DNA from: Octopus sinensis
Taxonomy: Eukaryota
Assembly: GCF_006345805.1 (NCBI RefSeq)
Contig: NC_042999.1
Location: forward strand, 63,488,001 to 63,552,000
Length of the DNA: 64,000 nt
Direction: 5' to 3'
Below the pieces are notes generated by a model that had not been told where the DNA came from, made no database searches, and was given only the letters and a program-made list of their open reading frames with translations. Numbering within the stretch: the first letter of the stretch is position 1; the number at the start of each line of letters is the position of its first letter. Below are positions 49,713 to 64,000 of this stretch, piece after piece. The translations under genes were made by a program, and so were the position numbers.

Positions 49713-51148
49713 GGTATAGATCTCATGTTCATTGAGGCACTCAAGCCACCACATCGCAACAAGGACTAGACCTTTTGATGAATGTTTATAGCCTAATATA
49801 ATATAAATTGTGCTTTGTCTGCTTCAAGACAACAGGTTCATGAGGTGGGTGCTTATCCAAATTTCCAAGGCTTTTAGGCTGAGAGTACGAGACTCCCCTC
49901 AGAACAAAACACCAGTCCATCAGAGAGTTAAAGCCAAGGAGTTAATGGTACTCACCTAACCCTGAGTTTGTGGGAGCAACATGAAATGAAATTCACTGCT
50001 CAAGAATGCAACATTCCACACAGTCAAAGAATTGAACCCACAACATTGTGGTCATTACTCCGACACTGCTAACTACTAGACTTCACAAAATATATAAATT
50101 CAAATTCTAAACATAAAGTTCTCATAACTATACTTCATTCATTGCATAAGGAAGTAAGTACTTAATACTTTTCTATTATCTTTTATCTTACTTATTTCAG
50201 TCAATGGAATGCAGCCATACTCAAGCACCGCCTTAAAAGGTTTAATTGAACAACTCATCTCCTGTTCTTATTTTTAAAGTTTGCTACTTATTTCATTGGG
50301 CTATTTTGCAGAACCACCAAATTATGACAATGTAAACTAACCAATACCATTTCTCAAACAGTAGAGGGGTGGACAAACACAACCGCAAAGACTCACACAC
50401 ATACATATGTACTTATAAACACACCCACAAAAGGACTTTCAAATACTTCCATAGAAGGGACATATAATTTAGTAACCACCATGTAAATAGGAGGAGTTGC
50501 CTGAGTTTACATAGTAAATGTCAGTGTAATATCTGGTTTGTCTTTCAAGCAGCACTCAGTATTCTCCATAAGTAAAACTTGCAAGTCATATAGGACAACA
50601 AAACTGCATATGATTCAAAATTCGGTTTATACAAAGAAAAGTTCTAACTGGCCTCATGAATAAACGTTTCATACCTCATATTTGATTTAATAGCAAGTAC
50701 TTGTATACAATATCAGAAGGTCACAAACTCATAGTTCACCTAAGGTTAGGGTTGAAAAAATACATTTTGACTAACTTCAAACTCTGGTGCTTTCATTCAG
50801 TCATCCATTTAGTAATTTTATAGCCATATCAAGTTTCCAAATTTTTCTTTTCTTTCAAAAACTATAGAAATTTAGCAAAATTATGTTGACCTGACCAAGC
50901 CTGCCTACATTTAGTTTGCTTCACACCACATCTAAGGACAGTCCTTGAATAAAGTTGCATAGGCTGCTAATCAGTGAAAGATATCTGGATACAAATGCAA
51001 TAGCTAGTTTTCTATGCAGCAGAAACATGCACTGGATCACTTTAAACCAAGTATGCTGAACAAATGACTGTAGAAATATAAAAAATGTGCAGATATACTA
51101 CTTTTTATATTCATTGAAATTGTCCTATATGTGTGTGTTTGTGTGTGT

Positions 51149-51304
51149 TTATCATCATCATCATCATCATCATCGTTTAAGGTCCGCTTTCCATGCTAGC
51201 ATGGGTTGGACGTTTCGACCGGGTTCTGGGAAGCCAGGAGGCTGCACCAGGCTCCAGTCTGATCTGGCAATGTTTTTACAGCTGGATGCCCTTCCTAACG
51301 CCAA
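51149..51304 (-). mobile_element. RTE 3' terminal fragment
   Basis: ggcgttaggaagggcatccagctgt...ttaaacgatgatg. Confidence 0.88.
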
Positions 51305-51547
51305 ACAGTTTTACATTAATTTGAAGGATTACTCAATACATTTACTAGAGCATAAATTTATTATTCTTTAAAAAGATTAATATTGACACTTATTTACACT
51401 TATTTTGGCTTTATCTTTCTTTTTGTATTTTGCCATGCAGACAGGGCCAATAAAACAGACTGAGAAAAAAGTTGTCTCTACACCAGTCCCCTAAAAAAGG
51501 ATGGAAAAGAAAAACATGTATGTATGTGCGTGTGTGTGTGTGTGTAA

Positions 51548-51604
<57 letters not shown>

Positions 51605-52243
51605 AATGATAAAAAGAAATAAACAGGAAAAAAGTTATAATCTCTCTAGCTTAAGTTCTGTCTCCAAGAGCAGCATGGTGCCAAGTAACAAAGAAAAGTA
51701 AAAAAACATGTATGTATGTAGATGTGTGTGTGTGTATATATGCTATGTCAGGTCACTTTTGAGTGCTACTGGTAACATGTAACCCAGTATAACCTGTTGC
51801 ATGGTCGGGTCATCGGCAACTAAACCGGCAACCCCACCAAGCTTGCTTGGTGAGGAGGGTGTTTATTGGACACCCTGTGGGATGAAAAACAAAACTCGTC
51901 AAAGGGTGGAGGAACTCTTGAGAGTCAACGGCCATCCAATAAATGTCTTAGGGCTGTATCATGTGTGGGGACATAGAAATAATCGGACTGAACACCCGAT
52001 CGCACGGTTAAACCATTGGGAGTGAAGGACTCCAAGCCTTTGTTAGGGCATCCTTCTAGGAGAAGGTAACTCAGGTAACTGGGATAACTCAGACATAAAA
52101 CCTGCAGCTCAGTGGTTACCGATGATGTTGACTTGTTCTTCTTTTCGGATTATGGCTGCTGTTGCTTAGTGAGGGGGATTTTTGATTTTTGTTTTAATTA
52201 TAAAATTACATCTCTCAACAGCTAAAATTATTGCATATATGTA

Positions 52244-52761
52244 CCTAATGAGGCAAGTGAAATCAAAATCAAAATTACTGACGTGGCTGATGACAGTACC
52301 GCCTGATTGGCACTTGTGCCAGTGGAATGTTAAAAGCACATCCAAACGTAATCATCACCAGGGCCATGGATTGGTTCCCATGCTGGTGACATGTGAAAAG
52401 CACCATTCAAGCATGATCGTTGCCAGCGTCACCATACCAACACATGTGCCGGTGGCACGTGAAAAACAACATTCGAGTGTGGTCGTTGCCAGTGTCACCA
52501 GACTGGCTCCCATGCAGGTAGCACATAAAACCACCTTTGAGCATGATCATTGCCAGAACCACCTGACTAGCCCTCGTGCCAGTGGCACGTAAAATCACCC
52601 ACTACACTCTTGGAGTAGTTGGCGTTAGGAAGGGCATCCAGCTGTAGAAACTTTGCCAGATCAAACTGACCCTGGTGCAGCCTTCTGGCTCACCAGTCCT
52701 GTCAAATCGTTTAACCCATGCCAGCTTGGAAAGCAGACATTAAACGATGATGATGATGATG
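52244..52761 (+). mobile_element. RTE 3' UTR fragment with ~5-6 diverged tandem units
   Basis: gaggcaagtgaaatcaaaatc to ttaaacgatgatgatg. Confidence 0.85.
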
Positions 52762-53864
52762 TTCAAATGTTATTTTTTTTTAGATCTAACCATTTTCTTC
52801 AGACAAAATAGCAAACTGGGGCAAAATGAGTAATTTCTGATTTCTCATTATTTCCTCCATTAACTAGTTTGAAAATATTTTATTGTATTTTACATTCTGA
52901 AACATTTTCAATTCTTATTTTTTAAAAAAATCTCTTTTCTCTCCTCTATTGTATTTTCACTATGAAGAAAAAGACAAACACCACAAGTGCATGTGTGAAA
53001 AACGAAATTAGAATTTTGAAAAGATGGACATTTTCAGTCATTTAAAATGTATAGAAGGAATATTTTTTATTGATGAAATGTATAATGGGATAAAAAAATA
53101 TCACTTGTTTTCCCTTTTGTGCACCATATAACAACAGCTTGTCACAGAAGCACCTTGTTTCAAGTAAAATTAAATTTGATGGGAATTATATTAGATAAAG
53201 TAGAAATGAATATATTATGTCATGCATAAAAAAAAATTCTTACAGCATGGCAAAACTACGAAAATAATTGGAAACAGGGCTTGACAGAAGTAAAGGACAT
53301 AGAACGCATCCCCTTTCGGTTTTATTTGGGGGTGGAGCAGTTCTACAGAAACCCACTTTTTCAACTGCAGAGATTCCGAATCTGGAAAAAAAATTGGCAT
53401 TTCAAAGTTTTAATTCAGCCAATAAATAAATAAACATCCCATCCATTCTGTCAGTGAATCTGTGACAGAAAGTGAACATGTTGTGGTTGAGGGTCTTTTG
53501 GAATTAAGAGAGGTATGTAAATATTAGCTTTTTTGCACACACACACACATACGACAACAAAATTATATTCTTTTTAATTTTTATTGTTTTGGTAATTCAT
53601 ATTTAGAAAGAGAATCTTCAGTTTGGCTGTTGTTTCTAGCTTGTTGGACTTTCTGGTTGGAGCATACTTAAAAATTGAAGATTTTGAAAATCCCAAAAAT
53701 ATGTTTTCAAAATTTTCATTTTTCCCCTTTCCACCTCTCTGGCAAAGAAAAAAAAGGGGGGGGGTTTCAATTTTGAAAACGTGATTTGTCATTTAGCTGC
53801 TGTTTTTAGCATGTCGAGTTTTCTGTTTAGATACTTTTTATGTCTGCTAGGAGGGGAGGAGTGT

Positions 53865-54035
53865 TTACTCTTTACTCTTTTACTCTTTTACTTGTTTCAG
53901 TCATTTGACTGCGGCCATGCTGGAGCACCACCTTTAGTACTTATTCTATCGGTCTCTTTTTGCCGAACCGCTAAGTGACGGGGACCTAAACACACCAGCA
54001 TCGGTGGTCAAACAATGCTAGGGGGACAAACACAG

Positions 54036-54066
<31 letters not shown>

Positions 54067-54232
54067 CATATATACGACAGGCTTCTTTCAGTTTCCGTCT
54101 ACCAAATCCACTCACAAGGCATTGGTCGGCCCGGGGCTATAGCAGAAGACACTTGCCCAAGATGCCACGCAGTGGGACTGAACCCGCAACCGTGTGGTTG
54201 GTTAGCAAGCTACTTACCACACAGCCACTCCT
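53865..54232 (-). mobile_element. SINE S2
   Basis: Family motifs present. Confidence 0.88.
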
Positions 54233-55249
54233 GCTTTTTTTTTTTTTTTTTTTTTCAGAATTGAAATTTTACAAAATTTTTTTTTTCAGAATCATAATTT
54301 CCGTATTTTTCTATGTATTTCACTAAAAAGATTTCTAAAAAAATGTGAAAATTTGGGGGGAAAATTAAAATTTTGAAATGCTGATTTTTTTGCAGATTTG
54401 GAATCTCTGCAGTCAAAAGAGTGGGTTTCTGTAGAAGAAAAAGCACCCCCAAAAATACCCAAAGGGGGTGCGGTCCATGTGCTTTACCTCTGCCCAGGGC
54501 TTTAAGAACACCATATAAACCCCTCATAACATTATATATATTTTTTGAATTTCCAGACAATTTTTGCGAATCTGTATTCTACACATGGTACTTCATACGA
54601 TTATGCAAAAAACAAACAAAATAAATAAATTGTAGTGGTGCGTGATTTAAGGCCTATTTACCTGTTAGTTTTAGTACACCTCCCAACCACTTCAATGACA
54701 AAAAAAAAAACAAGTAAACAACACATATTTTATAGTTTTAAGCAGTCAATGTGCATTTAATGTGATAAACAGCACGTTACAAATTAAATATTTCTCAAAA
54801 TAAGAAACTTATAGCACAAAGTTAAGATTTATCCAAAAACGAAATGGCATGTTACAAATTGAATATTTCTAAAAAAACAAAGATCTCCAATCTTAATTGG
54901 ATAACAAAGCAAGTCCTCTGCATGAGTATAGAACAAACCCCAACTAGCACAAAACCTCCTTGGAAGAAACCCACATAGTTAAAGTGTGAAAGTGGACAAA
55001 ACCCCCTTGGTTATATTTTTGGGTTATTTTTCATTTTTTTCCCCCCTTTTACTTGTTTCAGTCATTTGTCAGTGATCATACTGGGGTACTGCCTTGAAGA
55101 TTTTTAGTTGAACATATTGACCCCAGAATTTTTTCCCTTTTACTTGTTGGAGTTATTAGACTGCGACCATGCTTTTTAGACAACTGTATGGGACCCAGAA
55201 TTTTTTTAAGTAAAGTCAAAACCATCTCAGTGATATATTTTTCAGTGAT

Positions 55250-56510
55250 ATATGTCAAGTGTCCCTGACATTCCAACATCTCCTTGGCCAAACTCTCAGC
55301 CCTTTGATGTCCCCAACACTGAAAATACATCGTCATCAGACCAGCCAACAAGGGTGGAGCTGTAGTGGTGTGGCGCACAGACCTTTACAGGGTTAAAGCT
55401 CTCCATCAACTTCAAGATGCCTCCTTCAATTGTCCTCTGCCCTCCAACCACAGACCTACCTAGCAATGGACTGTGTCCTCCACTATTCATGACTTCATTT
55501 CCTCCTCCTGTGTCTCTCCCACCACCTTCAACTTCATTGTCCATAACCCCCACACCCCCACTATTCAGTCCTTCCCAAAATTAACAAGCCCAACAACCCT
55601 GGCCACCCCATCATCTGTCTGCAACTGCCCCACTGAAACGATCTCCAAATACCTTGACCCTGTCCTTGCCCCCCTGGTGGCTTCCCTCTCCTCAGATATT
55701 CATGACACTAATTATGCTCTCCATCTATTTAACTCTTTCTCTTTCCCTTTTGTCCCCTCTCAACTTCTGTTCACTCTTGACATTAAGTCTTTGTATACAG
55801 TGATTCCACACAACAAAGGCCTTCTTCCACTTAAACACTTCGTTGGCCTTTGGTCAGACACTCAACCTGACATCTCCACACTTCTTCGTCTGGCTGAATT
55901 TGCTCTCTCTCTTAACTGTTTCTCATTCATGGAGAAGTTTTACCAACAGTATACAGGAGTGACCATGGGAACAAGAATGGGCCCCAACTATGTGAACCGG
56001 TTCATTGGCTATGTTGAGGCCCAAATATTTTCACAATTCACTGGTCCCACTCCCGAGCTATATGGTCATTATATTGATGGCTGTATCAGCACGACCTCAC
56101 TCTCCCATGAACAACTGGATTCCTTCTTCTCCTTTGTCCAATCCTTCCATCCTGCCCTTGAATTCTCCTGCACTATCTCTAACTCTTTCATCAAATTCAT
56201 TGACATTTCTGTCAGCATACACCACTCCACTCTCGCTACCTCCATCCACTACAGACACACTGACTCACACTCCTACCTTAATGTCTTTTCCACCCATCCT
56301 ACCTGCACCAAGCTCTCCATCCCCTACTCCCAATTTCTCCATCTATGTAGGCTCTGCAGTGACAACTATGACTTTGAGACTCAGTCTGAACTCATGGCTC
56401 ACCACTTCATCCTACGTGGACATCCCCTCACTGCCCTTACCCAAGCACAATCTGTGGGTTATGCCTCTGCTCTTTCTCCTCACACCTTCTCCACCCTTAC
56501 CTGTTCCCGA
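55250..56510 (+). pseudogene. Penelope-like element reverse transcriptase remnant
   Basis: TLDIKSLYTVIPH, GVTMGTRMGPNYVN, GHYIDG (degenerate RYIDD), FIDISV and HYRHTDSHSYL motifs; no GIY-YIG seen. Confidence 0.88.
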
Positions 56511-56519
56511 GTATGTGTG

Positions 56520-57915
56520 TGTGTGTGTGTGTGTTTGTGTGTTTGTCATTGTGTCTGTGTTTGTCTTCCATCACCACTTGACAACCAGTGTTGGTCTGTT
56601 TGCATCCCCGTAACTTAGTGATTTGGCAAAAGTGTCTGACAGAATAACTACCAGGCAGAAAGGTTAGCATGCCGGGCGAAATGCTTAGCAGTATTTCGTC
56701 TTCCGTTACATTCTGAGTTCAAATTCTGCCATGGTCGACTTTGCCTTTCATCCTTTCGGGGTCGATAAATTAAGTACCAGTTACACACTGGGGTCGATGT
56801 AATCGACTTAATCTGTTTGTCCCCTCTGTGTTTAGCCCCTTGTGGGTAGTAAAGAAATAAATAGGTATTTCGTCTGCTGTTACGTTCTGAGTTCAAATCC
56901 CATTGTCTGTCCTTGTTTGTCCCCCCTCTATGTTTAACCTCTTGTGGCAATAAAGAAATAAGAATAAGAACCAAGCTTTAAAAACAAATACTAAGGCCAA
57001 TTCATTTGACTAAAAATTCAAGGCAGTGCCCCAGCATGGCCACAGTCAAGTGACTGAAACAAGTAAAAGATAAAAGATATATTCTTTGACTTTTTTTCTA
57101 TCTAAAAGGATTTTTAACCAAACATTTACATATTATTTAAAGCTAGCAAGCTGACAGAGTCGTTTGCATTCTGGATGAAAGGCAAAGTTGACCTTGGCAG
57201 AATTTGAACTCAGAACATTGTGACAGCTAAAATGCTTAGTGGTATTTCACCTGTCACTACGTTCTGAGTTCAAATTCTTCCGAGGTTGACTTTGCCTTTC
57301 ATCCTTTCGGAGTTGATAAATTGAGTACCAGTCATGTACTGGGTTCAATGTGATTGACTTAGCCCCTCCCCATAAATTTTAGGCCTTGTACCTGTAGTAG
57401 AAAGGATTATTTATAGCTTTAGGGCAGCAAGTTGACAGAATCATTACCAAGCTGGACAAACTGTTTAGTGGCCTTTCTTGAGGCTTTACATTCTGAGTTC
57501 AAATCCTGCCGAGATTGACTTTGCTATTCATCCTTTAGGGGCATGAGGTGGGGCAATAAAATAAGTACCCCTTAAGCACTAGAACTTGTTGTTATTAACT
57601 AGCCCCATCCCCCAAATTTCAGGACTTGGGCCTGTTGTAGAAAGCATTATCTGTACTTTTACTTACTTTGAATTCTGCAGTTTAAGATGAAATCTGTAAT
57701 GATTTCAAATTTTGGGCACGAGGCCAGCAATTTCGGAGGAGGGGTTAAGTCAATTACATTGACTCCAGTGTTCAACAGGTACTCATTTTATCGACCCCGG
57801 AAGGATGAAAGGCAAATCTGACCTCAGTGGAATTTGAACTCAGAACATAAAGACGGACAAAATGCCACTAAGTGTTTCACCCAGCATGCTCACCATTCTG
57901 CTAGCCTAACACCTT
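56520..57915. mobile_element. Dense cluster of S1 and S2 SINEs (~7 pieces, both strands)
   Basis: Repeated gagttcaaatt / cctttcatcctt motifs. Confidence 0.85.
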
Positions 57916-57921
57916 AAAAAA

Positions 57922-57953
<32 letters not shown>

Positions 57954-58380
57954 GAATAATTATATATTGATATGCTTAGTTTTTTTTTAATTCAGTTTTG
58001 ACCACATGCACAAAATGTTCTAAAATATTTTTATTTGACCTAAAATATGCAAAATGGCTCCTGCAGCTCAATTAACATATCTAGGGCAGTGGTTCCTAAA
58101 TTATTTGGCCATCTATCATGGCAGTTACTTCTTCAGTTGTAAAGTTCAAAGTGCAAATTCCTGTTATAAAAGTACAAGTGACAAACTTTATCAACATAGA
58201 TGCTTCTATTCACATACATACATACACACATATATACATACATACATACATACATATGCACACACACACACTATATATATTATATAAGTATTATGTTTAT
58301 TATATATTATGTATACCATATATGTATATATTTTATATATATATAAATATACATATACATACATATATATATATACATAC

Positions 58381-58507
<127 letters not shown>

Positions 58508-59288
58508 GTATACATATATATTGTATGTGTGTGTGTGTGTTTGTATGCACTTTAATTTTCAAATGTCTGTGTAACTAAATTATTTGCTTATGTGTGAGTG
58601 TAGTAATCTAAATAGCAAACAGGAACGTGTATAGTTATCAGTTGACTCACAATTTTCAAATAGATACACACACACACACACATATGCTCTTTTTCTCTCT
58701 GTCTATCTGTCTCTCTCACACACACATTTATACATTCACATACATGTATATACTTACATAAAAGTCTATATTAATTTACCAATTTTAAAGGTTAAATATA
58801 CAGTTTACTGGTACAAAGGCATCAATTTGGTACATGTATATGGGTGGTGGTGGTGGTGGTGACTGTTGGAATTTATGCTTCGTTCTAAAATACCATACCG
58901 TTCATAGAATTTATTCTAATTTTCTATGACAGCACAACAGACAATATTTTAAACCCAAAAATGGATTGCTATATTCTCTTAGACTATGACCAAGTTTTTA
59001 CCAGCCATATATGAGAATACAAAACACCCCTCTGCCTGGAATATTAGTCCATTGAAAAGTTAACCCTGTGGGTCCATTGGTACTGATTTTTATGTGAATG
59101 TACTGGAGTAACAAGAAATGAAGTGTATTGCTCAAGAACACAACATGTTGCTCAGTCTGAGAATCAAAATGTTTGGTCCAAAATGGATATATCAATGTCA
59201 CTTCCTGAATATATCCAATATATCATCATTGCGTTCGCTCTCATCATCACTGTCATGGCAGTGGCAGTGGCTGTGGTGACGTTGTTAC

Positions 59289-59320
<32 letters not shown>

Positions 59321-59729
59321 CTACCACCACCACCACCACCACCACCACCACTACCACAAGAAAAAGGAGAAAGTCACAGCCTGAATGTCTTTGATCATAG
59401 TTCTGCCCAGTCAGAGACTCACATGGGTACTAAACAACATAAACAACAACAACAACAACAGCAGCAATAACAAACCGTCAATGATGTTTCCTGGAGTTAT
59501 TAGGTGTTTTGGGTCTTTCAACATCAGACACACCTCATCCAGGTGACCCACCCAGAGTTGGTCAAGCCCTATCTTGTGTCCAGTTAGCACTACCCTTAGT
59601 AGTACTGCACCGCCCAGGCTCACGGCCATCTTGAGACAACGTCTGTTGACTCCACAGCCTTCTGCCTACTAGGACCCTGTGATGGGCTTCTGCCTATAAG
59701 CCCCATGTGATACCAAGCATGTAATAAGT

Positions 59730-60152
59730 TTTAGTTGAGCAAATCGAGCCCAGGTCTTATTCTTTGTAAGCCTAGTTCTTATTCTATCGGTCTCTTTTGC
59801 CAAACCGCTAAGTTACAGGGACGTGAACACACCAGCATCGGTTGTCAAGCGATGTTTTGGTGGGGGGACAAACACAGACACACAAACACATACACACACA
59901 TACATACATACACACATATATATATTTCTTTACTACCCACAAGGGGCTAAACACAGAGGGGACAAACAAGGATAGACAAACGGAGTAAGTCGATTACATT
60001 GACCCCAGTGCGTAACTGGTACTTAATTTATCGACCCCGAAAGGATGAAAGGCAAAGTCGACCTCAGCGGAAATTGAACTCAGAATGTAACGGCAGACGA
60101 AATACGGCTATGCATTTCGCCCGGCATGCTAACGTCTGTGCCAGGTCGCCGC

Positions 60153-60189
<37 letters not shown>

Positions 60190-60240
60190 TACGACGGGCT
60201 TCTTTTCAGTTTCCGTCTACCAATTCCACTAGCAAGGTTT
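59730..60240 (-). mobile_element. SINE S2 with a full S1 (59925-60155) nested in its internal microsatellite
   Basis: Family motifs present. Confidence 0.82.
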
Positions 60241-60880
60241 TGGTCTGCTCTGCATCCTACTTTGATGGGATTACACTTTGCTTACTGCCCATTGCCTTGG
60301 CATAATTCCACTGTCTCAGTATATTTCATTCTTTTATTCTTGTTTGCCTCCTCGGTGTCATCCTCCCAGGGAACAGAAGTTTCTAAAAGAATCACTTTGC
60401 TTCAGGCAGAGAGCAAGTTCTGAAACCTTAAATTCTTCATTCCTCACAGCAAATCAACTTATCAACTTTTCCGGTTCATTAAGTGTTCCCAATGCAAAAT
60501 GCTAAACCAGCTATACCCAGCCCAAATATTCTGTTTTATGTTTAAACTGTCCAGATTTAGCCTCTCACATCTACCCTACAATGTCATTTAAATCATCGAA
60601 ATCTCACAGCTACAAGATTAATACATGACCAATTCAAAACAATCCGAATAAATATGCATTACATTAGATGAAGTAATTTGAATACTAAAAAGTTAATGCA
60701 AATCATAATTCTTAAACACAAAAAAAAAGATAGAATAAAATTAAATCATTATTATGTTTGGTTAATTACAATATCTAGGCCAACAATTGACATGAATTGT
60801 TGAAACTGTTTTGCTGTTGGTCTTATTTTATGATCACGAATCATGACATCTTCTCCCCTCTACCCTCACCCCATTGTTTC

Positions 60881-60911
<31 letters not shown>

Positions 60912-60942
60912 ATATATATATATATATATACACATGCATACA

Positions 60943-61034
<92 letters not shown>

Positions 61035-61471
61035 TCTCCCTGACGTGTGCGCGCGCGCGTGTGTGTGTGTGTGTATATATGCTCTAAACACACCACTGCT
61101 GCTTGATTCTCCACTTCAGCCCTGCTTTTATTGCCATCTTATCTTTACTGCTATTATTAAGGCCTCTAGAGAAAGGCTATAAAGTGGATTAGTAGGACAG
61201 TTAATATCAGCTAAATCTTTCATCCATTTGAAAACAGTGGATAAATAAACACATTTGATTTCATTTATCCTTCAATTTATCCAAGTGGTGATACTAAATT
61301 ACAGTCAATACAAAAACCTAGCTGATGATGATGTTGAAGGTGGTGGTGGTAGCAGTGGTAGTGGTGATGGTGGCTGCGGTGGTGGTGATGTTACTACAAC
61401 TACAGTGTGACCCAGTTATAGTGTGCCTACTGAATTAATGACTATTTGGTCATATGAATGTGTTGAGTTAC

Positions 61472-61618
61472 TGGGCCCTTTCTTTCCCCCCTGTTTGCTC
61501 TTTCCAAATGTTCTTGGACCTCTGATTTAGTAGGAAGCTGCATTTTTTGGAATGACATTTTATAAAACTGTATGTTTGCCTTATAATAAAGCTGCACTGT
61601 ACTACTGTACTGAATCAG
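61472..61618 (-). CDS. Candidate host coding exon (147 nt, phase 0), product unknown
   Basis: Acceptor ttttgtcttacttttttactAG; only frame 0 is open (LIQYSSTVQLYYKANIQFYKMSFQKMQLPTKSEVQEHLERANRGERKGP); weak donor GTAACT, or read-through to TAG at 61442. Confidence 0.4.
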
Positions 61619-61799
61619 CTAGTAAAAAAGTAAGACAAAATGATTCTAAGAAAGAAGTCTAATAAATTGTATCATTGTCCAGTTCAGTTCTTATTCAGAG
61701 ATACAGCCCTCCCACATCTTACTCATACATTTCATATTGGTATGATTTCTATACCCAGGTACCCTTCCTAACACCTGCCATTTTATAGATTGCAAGGTG

Positions 61800-62376
61800 T
61801 GTTGACGAAAGACCGAGACCTCTGGAGATATGCTGTGACTGCTAAGACCCGACAAATAATATGAGCCCATGGCTGTTTCCTGCACCAACTTCACATAGAA
61901 GCCACAGCCCATCCAAAGTACCTTGGACCGCAGGACAGCCTGCTGTGCTTACCTTGGATCGTAGGGTGACCTGCTGTGCTTGAGGAGACCTATTGAATCA
62001 AGTACATCAACATCAACATCAAAATAAAGATCAAATGGAAATTGTAGTTGTGATACCTGTGCTGGTGGCACATAAAAAGCACCATTCGAACGTGGCTGAT
62101 GCCAGCGCTGCCTCGACTGGGTTCTGTGCTAGTGGCACGTAAAAAGCACCAACCGATCATGGCCGTTACCAGCCTCCCCTGGCACCTGTGCCAGTGGCAT
62201 GTAAAAAGCACCCACTACACTCACAGAGTGGTTGGCGTTAGGAAGGGCATCCAGCTGTAGAAACACTGCCAGATCAGACTGGAGCCTGGTGCAGCCTCCT
62301 GGTTTCCCAGACCCCAGTCAAACTGTCCAACCCATGCTAGCATGGAAAACGGATGTTAAACGATGATGATGATGAC
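61800..62376 (+). mobile_element. RTE 3' fragment of a related subfamily
   Basis: TKDRDLWRYAV C-terminus, 3' UTR repeats and (GAT)n tail. Confidence 0.85.
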
Positions 62377-64000
62377 TTCATTTCCCTACTACCAAATCTT
62401 GTACAAACCGATATATCTCAGTTCTTCCTTCTCAGATTGTCAACCTTTTGGAATTTACTTCCCCATCATGTTTTCCCTGCACAATGACTCAGAGACATTC
62501 ATACTGAACATCAACCATATTGTTTGGTATTGCCTGTGATGGTCATCAGTACTTCTCCTTGCTTCTGGGTGAAATTATTAAGAACAAAATTTATGAAAAA
62601 CATTAGTAAAGGAAAAGAAAATATTACTGGTTTAATATTGACTGGAAATGGGCAGACTTAATAAATCTATTGTAATATAAAAGGAAACTTTCTAAACACT
62701 TATTTACATAGGAAAGATGAAACTTGTGTTACATTGAAGGCAACCTATCTAGGCAACTCCAAAATATAATTGAAACAGAGTTGAGGGGGCTCTTTGTCCT
62801 GTGACAATGTGCCTTTAGTATTAAACAAAATATGCTTGTGTGTGGCAATATTTTTGATAAAATCACTTGAGAGTTAATAAAATAAAAAAAAAGAACTGTT
62901 TCAATTTTGAAATTCTTCAGATAAGTGTAGTAGCTACAAGAATTTAGTTCCTTCCTTCTATAGTATAAGTTTAAACCATACTGGGGCCAAATTTACTTTT
63001 AATTTATAAAATATCTACCAACAATATACTGTGTGAATTCAATTAGCCTCACTCTCTTTGTGGCTTTGTGCATTGTCAAAAGAAATCTATTCTTAAAGTA
63101 ATTAAATTCAAGTACTCAGAATAGTTGAATCTATTTTGTTTAAAATATAACAAAATAGACAAAAGAAAGATGTGGTACTGTAGCAAAGATTGTTCTTATA
63201 TCTCTGTTGCTATATAATATAAAGTCTGTATGTTGTACAATGGGTGTATGTTATATAAAGGCCTAAATTAAGTGTGATCTACTATTCTGAGTAATTTTGT
63301 AGATGTCATTGGAATAAGGTGTAAAGTCATGCTAATACAGGACTAAGTATCCTCTCAAGCCTGTATCTATTATATTTTAGAATGACTGCTTCCTAGATAG
63401 GTTGCCTTCAAGATAACAGAAAGAGTTTTGTCTCTGCAATGTGTTTGGGAAGTTTCATTAGAATGAATTTATTGAGTGTGCTCTACAAGTAAGATCTTGT
63501 AATTTGACCCATTTAGGAAAACATAAAACTTGGAATATGACAGCTGTCTGACTGCATTTAAACATGGGAAAAGAACATAAATATGACAATTATCATCATT
63601 TCCCAGTTGGAGCACCTACACAATGGTAAATGAGTCCTGCCACTCCTACTAATACATGTGAATAATATGACTGTATTCAATGAAGCAAAGTTGCACGTTG
63701 TAGTGACTACACCAAACTGTACAAGCAATGCAAACAAAAAGAGTACAAATAATTTAAATGAAACAAAATGTTATTATAAAATATATAACAATTGCCTCTC
63801 GCAACAATGCCCTAATGTTCACTTGCCTATTGTGTATTCTATGTAAAGCACGTTCACATACTTTGAATTGTTGAATTTCATTCCTAAAAATAGAGATTTT
63901 TTATAGGGTATACAAAGCTACAAATTTTGGTGCAAACATATATTTTAAAAATTTGTTTTGTGGTCACATGATTTCATCCTACCATGTGACATGTTGAGCA

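Noticed and set aside
53455-53512. Plus-strand 58 nt exon candidate (ESVTESEHVVVEGLLELRE, donor GAG|GTATGT)
   Set aside because: Short, with no partner exon or recognisable homology; expected by chance in 64 kb
59411-59629. ORF MAVSLGGAVLLRVVL resembling a LINE C-terminus
   Set aside because: Similarity too short and degenerate to assign

Overview
Repeat-dominated eukaryotic genomic DNA. The microsatellite load and the SINE and RTE families look like an Octopus-type cephalopod genome; this is my recognition, not a database result. No complete host gene could be identified. Nearly every ORF in the supplied track is a microsatellite artefact or a transposon remnant. Supported content: (1) four tandem 5'-truncated Tx1-like (L1 clade) LINE copies, each bounded by (GATA)n/(GGAT)n, at 1-5.7 kb; (2) an inverted pair of ~3.4 kb RTE-clade LINEs at 39.8-48.1 kb, whose RT carries a C4HC3 PHD-type finger, plus several RTE 3' fragments; (3) a full-length but dead mariner, a Penelope-like RT, and CR1/L2 remnants; (4) a Helitron nested in a hAT MITE, other hAT and piggyBac-type MITEs, and a probable solo LTR; (5) dozens of tRNA-derived SINEs of three families; (6) several fold-back elements in (TA)n and several hammerhead-ribozyme motifs. 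The best motif is a near-canonical type I hammerhead with an unusually long stem II loop, sitting inside a ~620 bp inverted-repeat element at 19.2-19.8 kb. A few isolated candidate host exons lie on the minus strand, the best at 61472-61618. Coordinates of degenerate repeats are approximate (+/-10-20 nt).
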